DNA from: an uncultured Nitrospina sp.
GTDB lineage: Bacteria > Nitrospinota > Nitrospinia > Nitrospinales > VA-1
Assembly (NCBI GenBank): GCA_937891765.1
Contig: CALAGQ010000047.1
Coordinates: forward strand, 16,580-80,579
Direction of reading: 5' to 3'
Length of the DNA stretch: 64,000 nucleotides
Notes under the pieces: generated by a model
Seen by the model: only the letters and a program-made list of their open reading frames with translations
Database searches by the model: none
Told to the model about the DNA's origin: nothing
Shown here: piece after piece, positions 1 to 9,912 of the stretch
How positions within the stretch are numbered: position 1 is the stretch's first letter
Layout of the letters: the number at the start of each line of letters is the position of its first letter
Translations under genes and position numbers: made by a program

Positions 1-2
1 AA

Positions 3-1208
3 GGGAAAAAGAACAGCCCGTGTTTAATTTTTATTGATGAAATAGATGCTGTGGGTCGGCATCGTGGCGCTGGTATGGGCGGCGGCCATGATGAGCGGGA
101 ACAGACTCTTAACCAGCTTCTGGTCGAGATGGATGGTTTCGAAAATAATGAGGGCGTCATCCTCATCGCCGCAACCAACCGTCCTGATGTTCTGGATCCG
201 GCTTTGTTGAGGCCGGGACGGTTTGATCGACAGGTTGTGGTCAGTCGTCCTGATGTCAAAGGCCGGGACGGAATCTTGAAAGTTCATACTGCTACGGTGC
301 CACTTACTGATGAAGTGGACTTGAAAATTATCGCCAGAGGGACTCCAGGATTTACCGGTGCGGATCTGGCTAACCTTGTTAACGAGGCGGCTCTGTTAGC
401 CGCTCGGAACGACAAGAAAGCCGTAGATATGGAAGACTTTGAGCAAGCCAAGGACAAAGTCCTGATGGGAGTAGAACGTCGGAGTATGGTTATTTCCGAG
501 AAAGAGAAAAAGACCACGGCCTATCATGAAGCGGGGCATGCTCTGGTAGCCTCTCTTTTGCCGGGAACCGATCCTATTCATAAAGTTACTATCATTCCAA
601 GAGGAAGAGCTTTGGGAGTGACGATGCAGTTGCCGATTGATGAGCAACATACGTATCAAAAAAATTATCTTTATAACACCCTTGCCATCTTGATGGGTGG
701 AAGGTGTGCGGAGGAAATTTGTCTTGGTGAAATGACCACGGGTGCTGGCAATGATATTGAAAGAGCCACAGATATGGCTCGGAAAATGGTCTGCGAATGG
801 GGCATGAGCGAAAAAATGGGGCCGCTTACCTATGGCTCCAAGGAGGAGCAGGTATTTTTGGGTAGGGACTTTTCTTCCCAGAAAAACTTCAGCGACCAGA
901 CAGCTAAACTGATAGATCAGGAAGTCAAGACGCTGGTTATGGGAGGGTACAACCGCGCCACTGAGTTATTGGGACAGAATCGTAATATCCTCGAAAATCT
1001 GGCTCAGGCTCTGCTGGAGAAGGAAACCCTGAACGCGGTGGAGGTTAAAAATATTATTGATGGAAAGAGTGATATCGATCCTGATCTTTCCGGAGGGGAA
1101 GCACAAGAGATAAAGCCTGAGGTTCCGGCTGAAAAACCGAAAGCTAAAATAGATCCTAAAGAGGGACTGCTGGGAGGCGGTGGCATGCCTGATCCCACGC
1201 CAGCCTGA
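3..1208 (+). CDS. ftsH: ATP-dependent zinc metalloprotease FtsH, C-terminal ~400 aa (5' end lies upstream of the window)
   Basis: Frame is open from position 3. Translation carries the AAA second region of homology ([15 protein letters not shown] ... [20 protein letters not shown]) and the HEAGHAL zinc motif. Stop at 1206-1208. Confidence 0.95.
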   Translation, partial: GKKNSPCLIFIDEIDAVGRHRGAGMGGGHDEREQTLNQLLVEMDGFENNEGVILIAATNRPDVLDPALLRPGRFDRQVVVSRPDVKGRDGILKVHTATVPLTDEVDLKIIARGTPGFTGADLANLVNEAALLAARNDKKAVDMEDFEQAKDKVLMGVERRSMVISEKEKKTTAYHEAGHALVASLLPGTDPIHKVTIIPRGRALGVTMQLPIDEQHTYQKNYLYNTLAILMGGRCAEEICLGEMTTGAGNDIERATDMARKMVCEWGMSEKMGPLTYGSKEEQVFLGRDFSSQKNFSDQTAKLIDQEVKTLVMGGYNRATELLGQNRNILENLAQALLEKETLNAVEVKNIIDGKSDIDPDLSGGEAQEIKPEVPAEKPKAKIDPKEGLLGGGGMPDPTPA

Positions 1209-1232
1209 TCTTTACTTTAAATACTCGTTTCC

Positions 1233-1281
1233 AAAAACTCCACATTTTATCCGGCTTGATGCCGGAGTGTGGAGTTTTTGG
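1233..1281 (+). terminator. Rho-independent terminator after ftsH
   Basis: AAAAACTCCACA (1233-1244) is the exact reverse complement of TGTGGAGTTTTT (1268-1279). An inner stem TCCGGC/GCCGGA surrounds loop TTGAT, and the 3' end is T-rich. It starts 25 nt after the ftsH stop. Confidence 0.8.
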
Positions 1282-1366
1282 TTTCCACCACTAGCCACTA
1301 GGCGTGGAGCCCCGACCAACGACCGGTGGCAACTAGCAATAGCTTGTTGCGCCGAGAGAATGCTTT

Positions 1367-2197
1367 ATGATTCCATTTCGCTTTCCCCAACATAGAGAAG
1401 AAGCCTTGGTCATGGGCATTATCAATCTGTCCCCAGACTCTTTCTACGGAGAGAGTCGATGCGGAACCCTTGAGCAAGCGCTTGGTGTCGCAGAAAGAAT
1501 GATCGCTGAAGGCGCAGATATTCTCGATGTGGGTGCGGAAAGTTCGCGGCCGGGATCTGTTCCGATTTCGGAGCAGGAGGAGTTAGACCGTTTGCTTCCC
1601 ATATTGATGAAACTTATGGAAAGCACTGACATTCCTATTTCGGTAGATACCTATAAACCGGCGGTTGCCGATGGCGTTTTGCAAGCTGGAGCCAGTATCA
1701 TTAATGATATTACAGGCCTGCAACGGTTTGAGGAGATGGCCCCGACCATTTCCCGGTTTCATGCTGGAGTGATTTTGATGCATATGCAGGGCAAGCCTGA
1801 AACCATGCAGGGGAATCCACAATATGAGGATGTATTGACAGAAGTTTCTGAGTATCTGCGGCAGAGTATCGCCATTGCTGTTTCCGCCGGAATTGATCCT
1901 CAAAAAATTGCTATAGATCCCGGTATAGGATTTGGTAAAACGGACTCTCATAATCTTCTGATATTGAAAAATTTGAATCGCTTGAATGAATTGGGCAAGC
2001 CGGTACTTATAGGCGTTTCAAGAAAGTCCCTGATAGGAAATATTTTAAATGTGCCGGTTGAAGAAAGGTTGGAAGGTTCAATCTCCGCAGCCGTATTCGG
2101 GGTGACGCAGGGGGCTGCCATCATTCGCACTCATGACGTCCAGGCCACTCGCCGGGCAGTAAAAGTTGCTGAAGCAATTATGAAGGAAGAAGAATGA
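1367..2197 (+). CDS. folP: Dihydropteroate synthase
   Basis: MGIINLSPDSFYG, ILDVGAESSRPG, DTYKP, INDITG and IDPGIGFGK motifs match DHPS. The ftsH-folP order is common. Confidence 0.92.
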   Translation: MIPFRFPQHREEALVMGIINLSPDSFYGESRCGTLEQALGVAERMIAEGADILDVGAESSRPGSVPISEQEELDRLLPILMKLMESTDIPISVDTYKPAVADGVLQAGASIINDITGLQRFEEMAPTISRFHAGVILMHMQGKPETMQGNPQYEDVLTEVSEYLRQSIAIAVSAGIDPQKIAIDPGIGFGKTDSHNLLILKNLNRLNELGKPVLIGVSRKSLIGNILNVPVEERLEGSISAAVFGVTQGAAIIRTHDVQATRRAVKVAEAIMKEEE

Positions 2198-2928
2198 TCC
2201 GTTTATTTGTAAATGTGGACCATGTTGCCACCATTCGAGAAGCTAGAAAGACCATTGAGCCGAGTCCCTTAAAAGCGGCGCTGTTGGCGGAAAAAGCCGG
2301 GGCAGAGGGGATCACTATCCATTTGAGGGAAGACCGACGGCATATTCAGGATGACGATGTGCGAGTCATTCGACAAGGGGTCAGCACTCCATTGAATCTG
2401 GAAATGGCTCCTACCGAGGAGATGGTTGAACTGGCTTTGGAGATTCAGCCGTATCAGGTCTCGCTGGTTCCGGAAAAGCGTCAGGAAATCACAACCGAGG
2501 GAGGGTTGGACGTTTGCTCTCAGGAGAAGGCATTAACAGAAATTGGGGAAAAGATGCATGGCAAAGGAATTTTGTTCAGCCTGTTCATTGACCCTGATAC
2601 GAAGCAGGTGGACGCAGCACAAAGAATTAAGGCGGATAGCATAGAAATCAATACCGGTAAATACTCGGAACTTGAGTCGGCTGAAGAAGTTGAAGCGGAG
2701 CTGGAACGCATACAGAAAAGCGCTAAAAGGGCCGCCGAAAAGGGATTGAAGGTTTTTGCCGGGCATGGCTTGAATTACGAGAATGTAAAGGCTATAGCCG
2801 CAATCCCGGAAATTGAGGAACTCAATATTGGCCATTTCATAGTCGGGCAGGCGGTTTATGGCGGAATGGAAAATGCTGTGACAGAGATGATTCGCTCAAT
2901 TAAAGCGGGAAGCGTGCAGCAAGGCTGA
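2194..2928 (+). CDS. pdxJ: Pyridoxine 5'-phosphate synthase
   Basis: LFVNVDHVATIREAR ... ITIHLREDRRHIQDDDV ... AGHGLNY are typical PdxJ motifs. ATGA start/stop overlap with folP. Confidence 0.92.
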   Translation: MIRLFVNVDHVATIREARKTIEPSPLKAALLAEKAGAEGITIHLREDRRHIQDDDVRVIRQGVSTPLNLEMAPTEEMVELALEIQPYQVSLVPEKRQEITTEGGLDVCSQEKALTEIGEKMHGKGILFSLFIDPDTKQVDAAQRIKADSIEINTGKYSELESAEEVEAELERIQKSAKRAAEKGLKVFAGHGLNYENVKAIAAIPEIEELNIGHFIVGQAVYGGMENAVTEMIRSIKAGSVQQG

Positions 2929-3036
2929 ACCGGGATTTATATAGAACTCCTTGAAAATGTTGCTGTTTTGATGATTTTTTTATGAGTTTGGTATAAAACT
3001 TGCGGTATAATATTTGAAGTTAATTTTACCAAAATA

Positions 3037-3834
3037 TTGACGGATGTGGTGATGACAGATTTTAACCAGTCTTCTCAGGTTGCCCAGGATAATTTATTGA
3101 TTAGAGAGCGTGGAATTTTCAGTGCGCGGGAATACTCCCGTGTCGTGGAGACTTTTGGCCGAGTCTTGCAGTATAAAGAAACCTTCCGATTGTCTATAGA
3201 GGGGAAGCTGGCCTCCATCGGTCAACAGGTGAAGAATAATATCGAGAATCTGGAAACCCTCATGCGGAACATCGATATATATACTCAGAATATAGACAAA
3301 ATTTCCAACAACCTGGGACAACTGCAAACCGAGGAAAATTCTATTAAAGCCCGGTACGAAGAACTTTTAAACGGATCTCCGGACACAGCCCTTGTGGATG
3401 ATAGAGATAGTGGCGATCTGGATCCTGCAGGCTCCCGGGAATACCTGATACAACGGCGGCGAAGTTATCTGGAAAGTCTGGACCAGAGCTTTAAGCGTCT
3501 GGATGGAGAATTGTTTTCTATTGAAAAACTGCGTACTGAGTTGGCAAGAGCTCGTGGTGAAATTCTCGTTAAAAAAGATGAAGCTCAGAAACAAATGAGA
3601 ACTCTGGAAGAAGCCGGAGCCCGACATTTGGAGGATGTTAAGCGGATAGAAATGGAACTCGAATCATCGGTGGATGAGGAGAGACTTTTGATCAATGAGT
3701 TCAAACGTTTGGTGAATGGCGCTGAAAGAACTTTGGAGATCAGCGATGAGATAGATCATATTTTATTCACCTATCTCACTGCAGCCGAATCGAAGGACAA
3801 TGCCTCTAGAAATCCGGTCCCTGCGGCGGATTAA
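3037..3834 (+). CDS. Hypothetical coiled-coil protein (265 aa)
   Basis: Intact ORF with heptad-like, Glu/Lys/Leu-rich sequence and no recognisable catalytic motif. An alternative ATG start lies at 3052. Confidence 0.55.
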   Translation: MTDVVMTDFNQSSQVAQDNLLIRERGIFSAREYSRVVETFGRVLQYKETFRLSIEGKLASIGQQVKNNIENLETLMRNIDIYTQNIDKISNNLGQLQTEENSIKARYEELLNGSPDTALVDDRDSGDLDPAGSREYLIQRRRSYLESLDQSFKRLDGELFSIEKLRTELARARGEILVKKDEAQKQMRTLEEAGARHLEDVKRIEMELESSVDEERLLINEFKRLVNGAERTLEISDEIDHILFTYLTAAESKDNASRNPVPAAD

Positions 3835-3874
3835 CAACCCCCTGTTTGATTTTAAGATTGCTCTCAGGTTTGTA

Positions 3875-3903
3875 TTGACTTGAATTTGTAAATTTTGCAT
3901 ACT
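3875..3903 (+). promoter_or_regulatory. Candidate sigma70-type promoter upstream of gap
   Basis: TTGACT (3875-3880), 17-nt spacer, CATACT (3898-3903), about 105 nt upstream of the gap ATG. Confidence 0.4.
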
Positions 3904-4010
3904 CCCTCTATAGCTTCAGAGTGATTGAGCTTTCCTGTTGTTTTGCTATCCTCTATTAGTTTAACTCACATATTTTCAATAAGTTTTCCCTGAAAGGCTG
4001 TTAAATAAAA

Positions 4011-5015
4011 ATGACAACGAAGGTCGGCATTAATGGTTTTGGGCGCATCGGCAGGGCGGTATTGAAATGCATATTGAAGGATCCTGAATGCTCGGATTTT
4101 GAAATTGTGGCCATCAATGATTTAACGGATTCCGCTACGTTGGCGCACCTTTTTAAATATGATTCTGTTCAGGGAGTTAGCTCTGAGGAAGTGCAATCTG
4201 ATTCTGACGGATTGATCATAGGCGGGAAACATATAAAAATTATTGCTGAACGCGACCCCGCTAATTTGCCTTGGAAAAATTTGGGAGTGGATATTGTTAT
4301 TGAGTCCACAGGGTTATTCACCAAGCGTGATGCGGCAAAGAAGCATATTGAGGCGGGTGCAAAAAAAGTTATTATTTCCGCTCCGGCAACAGACCCGGAT
4401 GTGACCATCGTTTTGGGCGTGAATGAAGGAGCCTACGTTTCTTCTGAGCATCAGATTATTTCCAACGCTTCCTGCACCACAAACTGCCTGGCTCCGGTTG
4501 CTAAAGTGATGCATGAAAAATTTGGTTTTAAAAAAGGACTGATGACGACCATTCATTCGTATACGAATGACCAAAAAATTCTGGACTTGCCTCATTCCGA
4601 CCTGAGGCGGGCAAGGGCGGCGAACCTTTCAATGATTCCTACCACCACAGGTGCAGCAAAAGCGGTGGCATTAGTGCTGCCTGAAATAAAAGGCAAGCTG
4701 GATGGTATGGCCATTCGTGTTCCGACTCCTAATGTATCCCTGATCGACCTGGTGGTTGAGGTTGAGAAAAATACCAGCGCCGAGGAGGTTAATCAGGCCT
4801 TGAAGGAAGCGTCTCAAGGATATTTGAATAAGATAATGCGGTTCGAAGAAAAACCTCTGGTATCCATCGATTTTAATGGGGATTCCTGCTCGTCGATCAT
4901 TGACGGAATTTCTACCAAAGTCATCGGAGGTAATATGGTGAAAGTTTTAGCCTGGTATGACAATGAGTGGGGCTATTCCAGCAGAGTTAAAGATCTTTTG
5001 AAGTTTATTGCCTGA
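4011..5015 (+). CDS. gap: Glyceraldehyde-3-phosphate dehydrogenase (type I)
   Basis: INGFGRIGR N-terminus, active-site SNASCTTNCLAP, and WYDNEWGYS near the C-terminus. Confidence 0.95.
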   Translation: MTTKVGINGFGRIGRAVLKCILKDPECSDFEIVAINDLTDSATLAHLFKYDSVQGVSSEEVQSDSDGLIIGGKHIKIIAERDPANLPWKNLGVDIVIESTGLFTKRDAAKKHIEAGAKKVIISAPATDPDVTIVLGVNEGAYVSSEHQIISNASCTTNCLAPVAKVMHEKFGFKKGLMTTIHSYTNDQKILDLPHSDLRRARAANLSMIPTTTGAAKAVALVLPEIKGKLDGMAIRVPTPNVSLIDLVVEVEKNTSAEEVNQALKEASQGYLNKIMRFEEKPLVSIDFNGDSCSSIIDGISTKVIGGNMVKVLAWYDNEWGYSSRVKDLLKFIA

Positions 5016-5063
5016 TACCTGAAACACCCGGTTCATTTTCGAATCCCCCGTCAGGATAAAGTT

Positions 5064-5819
5064 GTGACTATCCCGCTTGTCATCGGCAACTGGAAAATGA
5101 ATATGCTGGCCTCTGAGGCCTGTGATCTGGCTCGGTCACTCGTTGACCGATTGTCAGCCGTCGAAGGAGTGGTCATTGCGCCTCCTTTTACATCGCTGTA
5201 TCCAGTTAGCCAGATTATAAAAGGCTCGAGTCTGGGTCTGGCAGGGCAAAACTTCCATTTTGAAAGCAAGGGCGCCTATACCGGCGAAGTCTCGCTTAAA
5301 ATGTTGAAGGATGTGGGATGTGGTTATGCCTTGATCGGTCATTCAGAAAGGCGCCAGCTATTCGGCGAAACGGATGAAACGGTCAACAAAAAGGTTCACC
5401 TTGCCATGCAGATGGGGATTACTGCCGTGGTTTGCGTCGGGGAGACCGGAGAGCAGAGAAAGGCTGGCGAAACCCTGAGTGTCATCGAGACCCAGTTGTC
5501 AGGCGGTCTGGCCGGGTTGTCTGGCGAGAGCATCGCCCATCTGGCAATCGCTTATGAACCGGTTTGGGCTATCGGAACGGGCCTTAATGCTACTCCGGAA
5601 CAGGCTGTTGATATCCATAAATTTATCAGAAAATTTTTGTTCGAGAGGCAGGGGTTTTCTGAAAAGATGGGTGCGAGAATCCTTTATGGCGGGAGTGTGA
5701 CCCCCGAAAACTGTGCAGAACTTTTGCGCGAAGAAGAAATAAATGGAGCGCTGGTCGGTGGGGCGAGCCTGAATTTTGAGTCATTTTATGCTATTATTAA
5801 ATCCTCCCTTGAACCGTGA
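5064..5819 (+). CDS. tpiA: Triosephosphate isomerase
   Basis: GNWKMN, IGHSERR and AYEPVWAIGTG motifs. GTG start. Confidence 0.93.
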   Translation: MTIPLVIGNWKMNMLASEACDLARSLVDRLSAVEGVVIAPPFTSLYPVSQIIKGSSLGLAGQNFHFESKGAYTGEVSLKMLKDVGCGYALIGHSERRQLFGETDETVNKKVHLAMQMGITAVVCVGETGEQRKAGETLSVIETQLSGGLAGLSGESIAHLAIAYEPVWAIGTGLNATPEQAVDIHKFIRKFLFERQGFSEKMGARILYGGSVTPENCAELLREEEINGALVGGASLNFESFYAIIKSSLEP

Positions 5820-5888
5820 CAGCTTTTTAGTCATAATCAAAAGTTCTGGGTAGATAATTTGTAACAAACTGGTAATTTTAAAAAACTG

Positions 5889-6209
5889 ATGAATACAATA
5901 ATTACAGTATTGCATGTGCTTGCGGCTTTTTGTTTGATCCTTACCGTACTTTTACAGGCAGGCAAGGGTGCGGCAATGGGTTCGGGGCTTGGTGCAGGTA
6001 GTAGCCAAACCATGTTTGGCAGTAGTGGGGCTGGAAATTTCCTTACCAAATTGACTACGGGAATCGCTATTTTATTTATGGTCACCTCCTTGACCTTGGC
6101 GACTTTTTCAAACAACAAAAAATCAAGTTCTGTTATTCAAGGTATTGAAGAGTCTCTTCCTGACAAAGCCACAGAGCCCCAGGGCTCGTCTGATAATCCT
6201 TCGAATTAG
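5889..6209 (+). CDS. secG: Preprotein translocase subunit SecG
   Basis: Two TM helices flank the Gly-rich [24 protein letters not shown] segment. It sits in the conserved tpiA-secG-tRNA-Leu context. Confidence 0.85.
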   Translation: MNTIITVLHVLAAFCLILTVLLQAGKGAAMGSGLGAGSSQTMFGSSGAGNFLTKLTTGIAILFMVTSLTLATFSNNKKSSSVIQGIEESLPDKATEPQGSSDNPSN

Positions 6210-6230
6210 ACCCTTTTACACACACAGGGT

Positions 6231-6315
6231 GCCGATGTGGTGGAACTGGTAGACACGTGCGCTTGAGGGGCGTATGGAGCGATCCGTGGGAGTTCGACTC
6301 TCCCCATCGGCACCA
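6231..6315 (+). tRNA. tRNA-Leu (anticodon GAG), CCA encoded
   Basis: Hand-folded cloverleaf. Acceptor GCCGATG/CATCGGC, anticodon stem TGCGC/GCGTA with loop TTGAGGG, long variable arm, T-arm GGGAG-TTCGACT-CTCCC, then A-CCA. Confidence 0.9.
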
Positions 6316-6362
6316 ACTTTAAATATCCAAATGCTATAATTTTTTCCGATGAGTATTCATTA

Positions 6363-7406
6363 GTGGTTATTAAACGAAAATCTGCTGAAAAATCTATCGC
6401 TCCAAAAGCGGATAAACCCGCTGCTCCCCCGCGCGAGTTTTCTGAGCGTATAGCCAACTTGCTGGTTTCCTGCATCCGAGGCCTTAAAAAGTCACTACCC
6501 GTTGACGATGAATTGGCTAAAAAACTTAAGGACTTGGAAGCTGTGGTGAAAAAAGGTGTCCGGGTTAGCCCGGCTACCGAGCTGGGTAAAGATATTGAGG
6601 AATTTTTTGACAGGCAGATCATTAAGCAGCAGTTTATCGAAGAGGAAAAAGATATTGTTAAAACAATGGTCCTTGAAGTGGTGGATACCATTAAGTCGGT
6701 GATGTCCACCTCCAGTGGATTTGAAACCAACATCGCCGAATGTGTGGAAAATATAGAAAGCGCCGATAATATTCAGGATATTGTGAGGTTGAAAGATAGT
6801 TTTGTCGGAGAGATGCAGAGGGTACGGCAACATTCCCGCACGTTGCAGGATGAGTTGGAAGAACACAGAAAGAATTCCATTATTCTGGCTAAGAAACTGG
6901 AGCAGAGTGAGGCCCAGGCTCTGGTGGACCCTTTGACGAATGTGCTTAATCGAGGCGCCTACAATTTAAAGATGGGCCAGATGATCAATGAATTTAAGCG
7001 TTACAAAGAGGAGTGGGCGCTTTTGATTCTGGATATCGATCATTTTAAAATATTTAATGATGACTACGGACACCAAATAGGAGACAAGGTTTTGAAGTCG
7101 GTTGCGGGGACGGTGCGAAATGCCATACGAATCTCTGACCAGATTTTCCGGTATGGTGGGGAAGAGTTTGTCGTTCTTTTAAGCCGGGTAGATGCAAAAA
7201 TTGCCAGCCAGTTAGCAGAAAAAATCTGCCGAGAGGTTGAAAGGGATTATTTTATTGATGATGATAAAAAGCTGAAAGTCACGATCAGTATAGGGGCTGC
7301 TATTGTTGGCAAGGATGATACGGAGTTGAGCTTGTTTGAAAGGGCTGACAAAGCCATGTATAGAGCCAAAAATAATGGGCGAAATCAGGTTGTGATGGAT
7401 TTGTAA
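6363..7406 (+). CDS. Diguanylate cyclase (GGDEF domain) with a coiled-coil N-terminal region
   Basis: RYGGEEF active-site motif with an RxxD I-site (RISD) five residues upstream, plus DHFKIFNDDYGHQIGD. GTG start. Confidence 0.88.
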   Translation: MVIKRKSAEKSIAPKADKPAAPPREFSERIANLLVSCIRGLKKSLPVDDELAKKLKDLEAVVKKGVRVSPATELGKDIEEFFDRQIIKQQFIEEEKDIVKTMVLEVVDTIKSVMSTSSGFETNIAECVENIESADNIQDIVRLKDSFVGEMQRVRQHSRTLQDELEEHRKNSIILAKKLEQSEAQALVDPLTNVLNRGAYNLKMGQMINEFKRYKEEWALLILDIDHFKIFNDDYGHQIGDKVLKSVAGTVRNAIRISDQIFRYGGEEFVVLLSRVDAKIASQLAEKICREVERDYFIDDDKKLKVTISIGAAIVGKDDTELSLFERADKAMYRAKNNGRNQVVMDL

Positions 7407-7425
7407 AGTTTCGCCCTGTTTTTTT
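7377..7425 (+). terminator. Candidate intrinsic terminator at the 3' end of the GGDEF gene
   Basis: GGGCGAAA (7377-7384) pairs with TTTCGCCC (7409-7416), followed by TGTTTTTTT. The loop is large (24 nt), so confidence is moderate. Confidence 0.5.
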
Positions 7426-7456
7426 ACAGCTATTTTTTTGTTGTTCCTCATATTGA

Positions 7457-7813
7457 ATGCCTCCCACCACCTTAGAAGATTTATTTTCCTCGCCCGGCTT
7501 CCTAGCCATATTTTTTGCGTTACTCTTAACCATTGCTAATATTATTGTCGGGGTTAGTATTCTTCCCAGCGACAAGCGGAAAAAGGGCTACCGACTTCAT
7601 CGCTTGCTTTTTGGGGCGGTGATTACAAGTTATGCCTTGTTTCTGTTTCATCTTTATCAAACTGAACGAGTGTCTATTTTTGCCTATCTTGTTTTCGGGT
7701 ACCTTCTTCTTGCTGTTCCGTTCACCCGAAGGCTTAACGTGACATTGCACGCCGTTATTGCTTCTATAGGTTTGGTCCTTATTACCGTTGTTGCGGCGAT
7801 TAACTTGATATAG
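7457..7813 (+). CDS. Small integral membrane protein (118 aa, about 4 TM helices)
   Basis: Hydrophobic stretches throughout and no recognisable family motif. Confidence 0.5.
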   Translation: MPPTTLEDLFSSPGFLAIFFALLLTIANIIVGVSILPSDKRKKGYRLHRLLFGAVITSYALFLFHLYQTERVSIFAYLVFGYLLLAVPFTRRLNVTLHAVIASIGLVLITVVAAINLI

Positions 7814-7873
7814 TTGAATCTGGGTGGTGTAGACTTAATCGTTATGAACCTTCATTTTTAGTGGTCTGATTAC

Positions 7874-9202
7874 ATGGAAGAATTTGATGTGCTGGTGTTG
7901 GGGGGAGGGCTGGCCGGGGTTTCTGCCGCTCTGAGAGCCGCAGAACTGGGTGGAAACATCTGCCTGATTGAAAGAGACCCTATAGGGCAGGCGGGTTTTC
8001 AAAGAAGAAATGCGCTTTTTATTGAAAACGGCATCCTGCCTTCGATGAGTTGGGAAGACTATAAAACGATTTTAAACTCCGAAACTGAGCGATATTCTCA
8101 ATTGGCGGGAGAAAAACTAAATGCCGCCGGTGTGTCCGTTATAGAAGGGGAGGGAAGGCTTGCGAGTCCGACGGAGATCAGTGTTCAAAAGAGCGATGGT
8201 GAACATTTACTCTTAAAGGGTAGGTCGGTCATTCTGGCTTATGGTTCTGTATCCCGTTTTTCGTCGACCTTGCCTCGTGAAGATGGGATTGTCATAGACA
8301 TCGATGAGATATCAAAGCTCCCCGCGCTTCCTGAGAAAGTTCTTGTTGTAGGCGGGGGGCCCTTTGCCAGTGAGACGGCGCTGGGGCTCAATAGAAGGGG
8401 ATGCAAAGTTTTTCTTTGTTATGAAGAAAAAGAATTGTTTCCGCAAATGGATAGCGACTTCAATGTTGAGATAGAACGCCAGTTCAAAGAGAAGAAAATT
8501 AAAATCCTTCCGGGAAAAAAGTTGATTTCAATTTACAAAAATGGCGATGAACTGGAAATCACTTTGGAGACCGGTATCAAGTTCTCTGTCCATCAAATAA
8601 TTAATGCCGGTGACAGGGCCGGGATGGATGATAATGCAGTCGCTGAAAAACTGGGGGTTCGTTTAGGAGAACATCAAAAAATATTTGTTGACGATTCCAT
8701 GATGACGAGCTTGCCCGGAGTGTATGCTGTGGGAAGTAGTGCCGGCGAATTGACTAGCGATACGCTTTCCCAGGAAGAGGGCAAAGTTGCCGCGGAAAAT
8801 GCCATGGGGAAGAAAAGAATATTAAACCGGGAGTGGGTTCCACAAACTGTCCGCCTGGTTCCTGATGTGGCCTATGTGGGTTGTTCCATGAAGACGGCTC
8901 CATTTCAAGGATTTCATCCTGTCGAGGGTGTGTTCAAGGAGGATTTTACAGGCGCCGAAAATATGTCCTTTCCCAAAACCGGGGGAAAATATAAAGTTGT
9001 CGCAGATAAAAGGTCACGTCTGATTGTTGGGGTACAAATCATTTCACATCAGGCTGCTGATTGGATGCCGATACTTTTATTGTTGATTAAAAAGGGGGTC
9101 ACGGTGGGTAATCTGGCTAATTCCATCACTTCTGAGGGGTCTAAAATTAGAGGCTTGTGCGAGGCGGCCCGGAATTGTTCGAGGGCCTTGAAGTCCCCAT
9201 AA
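7874..9202 (+). CDS. FAD/NAD(P)-binding pyridine-nucleotide-disulfide-oxidoreductase-fold protein lacking the redox-active cysteine pair
   Basis: N-terminal FDVLVLGGGLAGVSAA (FAD GxGxxG), a second Rossmann motif VLVVGGGPFASE, GVYAVGS, and a C-terminal dimerisation-like domain. No CxxxxC follows the first Rossmann motif. Confidence 0.75.
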   Translation: MEEFDVLVLGGGLAGVSAALRAAELGGNICLIERDPIGQAGFQRRNALFIENGILPSMSWEDYKTILNSETERYSQLAGEKLNAAGVSVIEGEGRLASPTEISVQKSDGEHLLLKGRSVILAYGSVSRFSSTLPREDGIVIDIDEISKLPALPEKVLVVGGGPFASETALGLNRRGCKVFLCYEEKELFPQMDSDFNVEIERQFKEKKIKILPGKKLISIYKNGDELEITLETGIKFSVHQIINAGDRAGMDDNAVAEKLGVRLGEHQKIFVDDSMMTSLPGVYAVGSSAGELTSDTLSQEEGKVAAENAMGKKRILNREWVPQTVRLVPDVAYVGCSMKTAPFQGFHPVEGVFKEDFTGAENMSFPKTGGKYKVVADKRSRLIVGVQIISHQAADWMPILLLLIKKGVTVGNLANSITSEGSKIRGLCEAARNCSRALKSP

Positions 9203-9349
9203 AAAAGGTGGTTTCAGGCCAATTACTTCTTGCCTTGACTCGATATTTTAATTATGTTAAAAACCAACACTTTGACAGTCTGTTCCGGGTTGTCAACCGG
9301 GTCTTAAAAAGTCACTGATGTCCTTATAAAATTAGGTATTATTGAGCTT

Positions 9350-9898
9350 ATGGCTGAGGCAGAGACGAAAGAAAAATCAGCATCCAAGGATGCTAAGGAA
9401 GATGAGGCGCAAAACACCATCTGGTCGCGTCGGGAATTTTTCTCGCTGGCGGGTTGGGCTGCGTTCTTAGGTTCCCTTGGGTTGTCCTCCCTGTATTTTG
9501 CGCGACTGCTTTTCCCGCGTGTCCTTTTTGAGCCTTCCCCGATATTCAAGGCGGGAAATCCCAGTGACTACACAGTCGGTGAAGTCAGCACCAAATTCGT
9601 TAAAGACCAGCGTGTTTGGATTGTTCGGGACTTGGAGGGTATTTATGTCATTTTTGCATTATGCACGCATTTGGGATGCACTCCCCGTTGGCTGAAAACA
9701 GAAAGTAAATACAAATGCCCCTGTCACGGTAGTGGTTTTACCAAGCAAGGGATTAACTTTGAAGGCCCGGCCCCGCGGGCTTTAGAGAGACTAAAGGTTG
9801 CTCTGGCTCCGGATGGGCAGATCATCGTTGATAAAAGTAAGAAATTTCTTTTTGAGAAGGATGAGTGGGGCAAACCAGGGGCGAAACTTTTTGTTTGA
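9350..9898 (+). CDS. Rieske [2Fe-2S] subunit of a cytochrome b6f/bc-type complex, with Tat signal
   Basis: Twin-arginine motif SRREFF followed by a TM helix. Cluster ligand boxes CTHLGC and CPCHGS. Confidence 0.9.
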   Translation: MAEAETKEKSASKDAKEDEAQNTIWSRREFFSLAGWAAFLGSLGLSSLYFARLLFPRVLFEPSPIFKAGNPSDYTVGEVSTKFVKDQRVWIVRDLEGIYVIFALCTHLGCTPRWLKTESKYKCPCHGSGFTKQGINFEGPAPRALERLKVALAPDGQIIVDKSKKFLFEKDEWGKPGAKLFV

Positions 9899-9912
9899 TG
9901 GAGGATTGAGTT

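Noticed and set aside
1180-1395. 71-aa plus-strand ORF between ftsH and folP
   Set aside because: It spans the ftsH terminator hairpin and overlaps both flanking genes, and it has no coding-like features.
6206-6733. 175-aa minus-strand ORF spanning tRNA-Leu and the 5' part of the GGDEF gene
   Set aside because: It overlaps a well-folded tRNA and a motif-supported plus-strand gene. The translation is low-complexity (Ser/Thr-rich) with no motif, so it is a spurious antisense ORF.
9272-9296. Inverted repeat TTGACA-N13-TGTCAA upstream of the Rieske gene
   Set aside because: The arms are only 6 bp and the spacing matches no regulator family I know. The left arm may simply be a -35-like hexamer. 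There is not enough evidence to call an operator.
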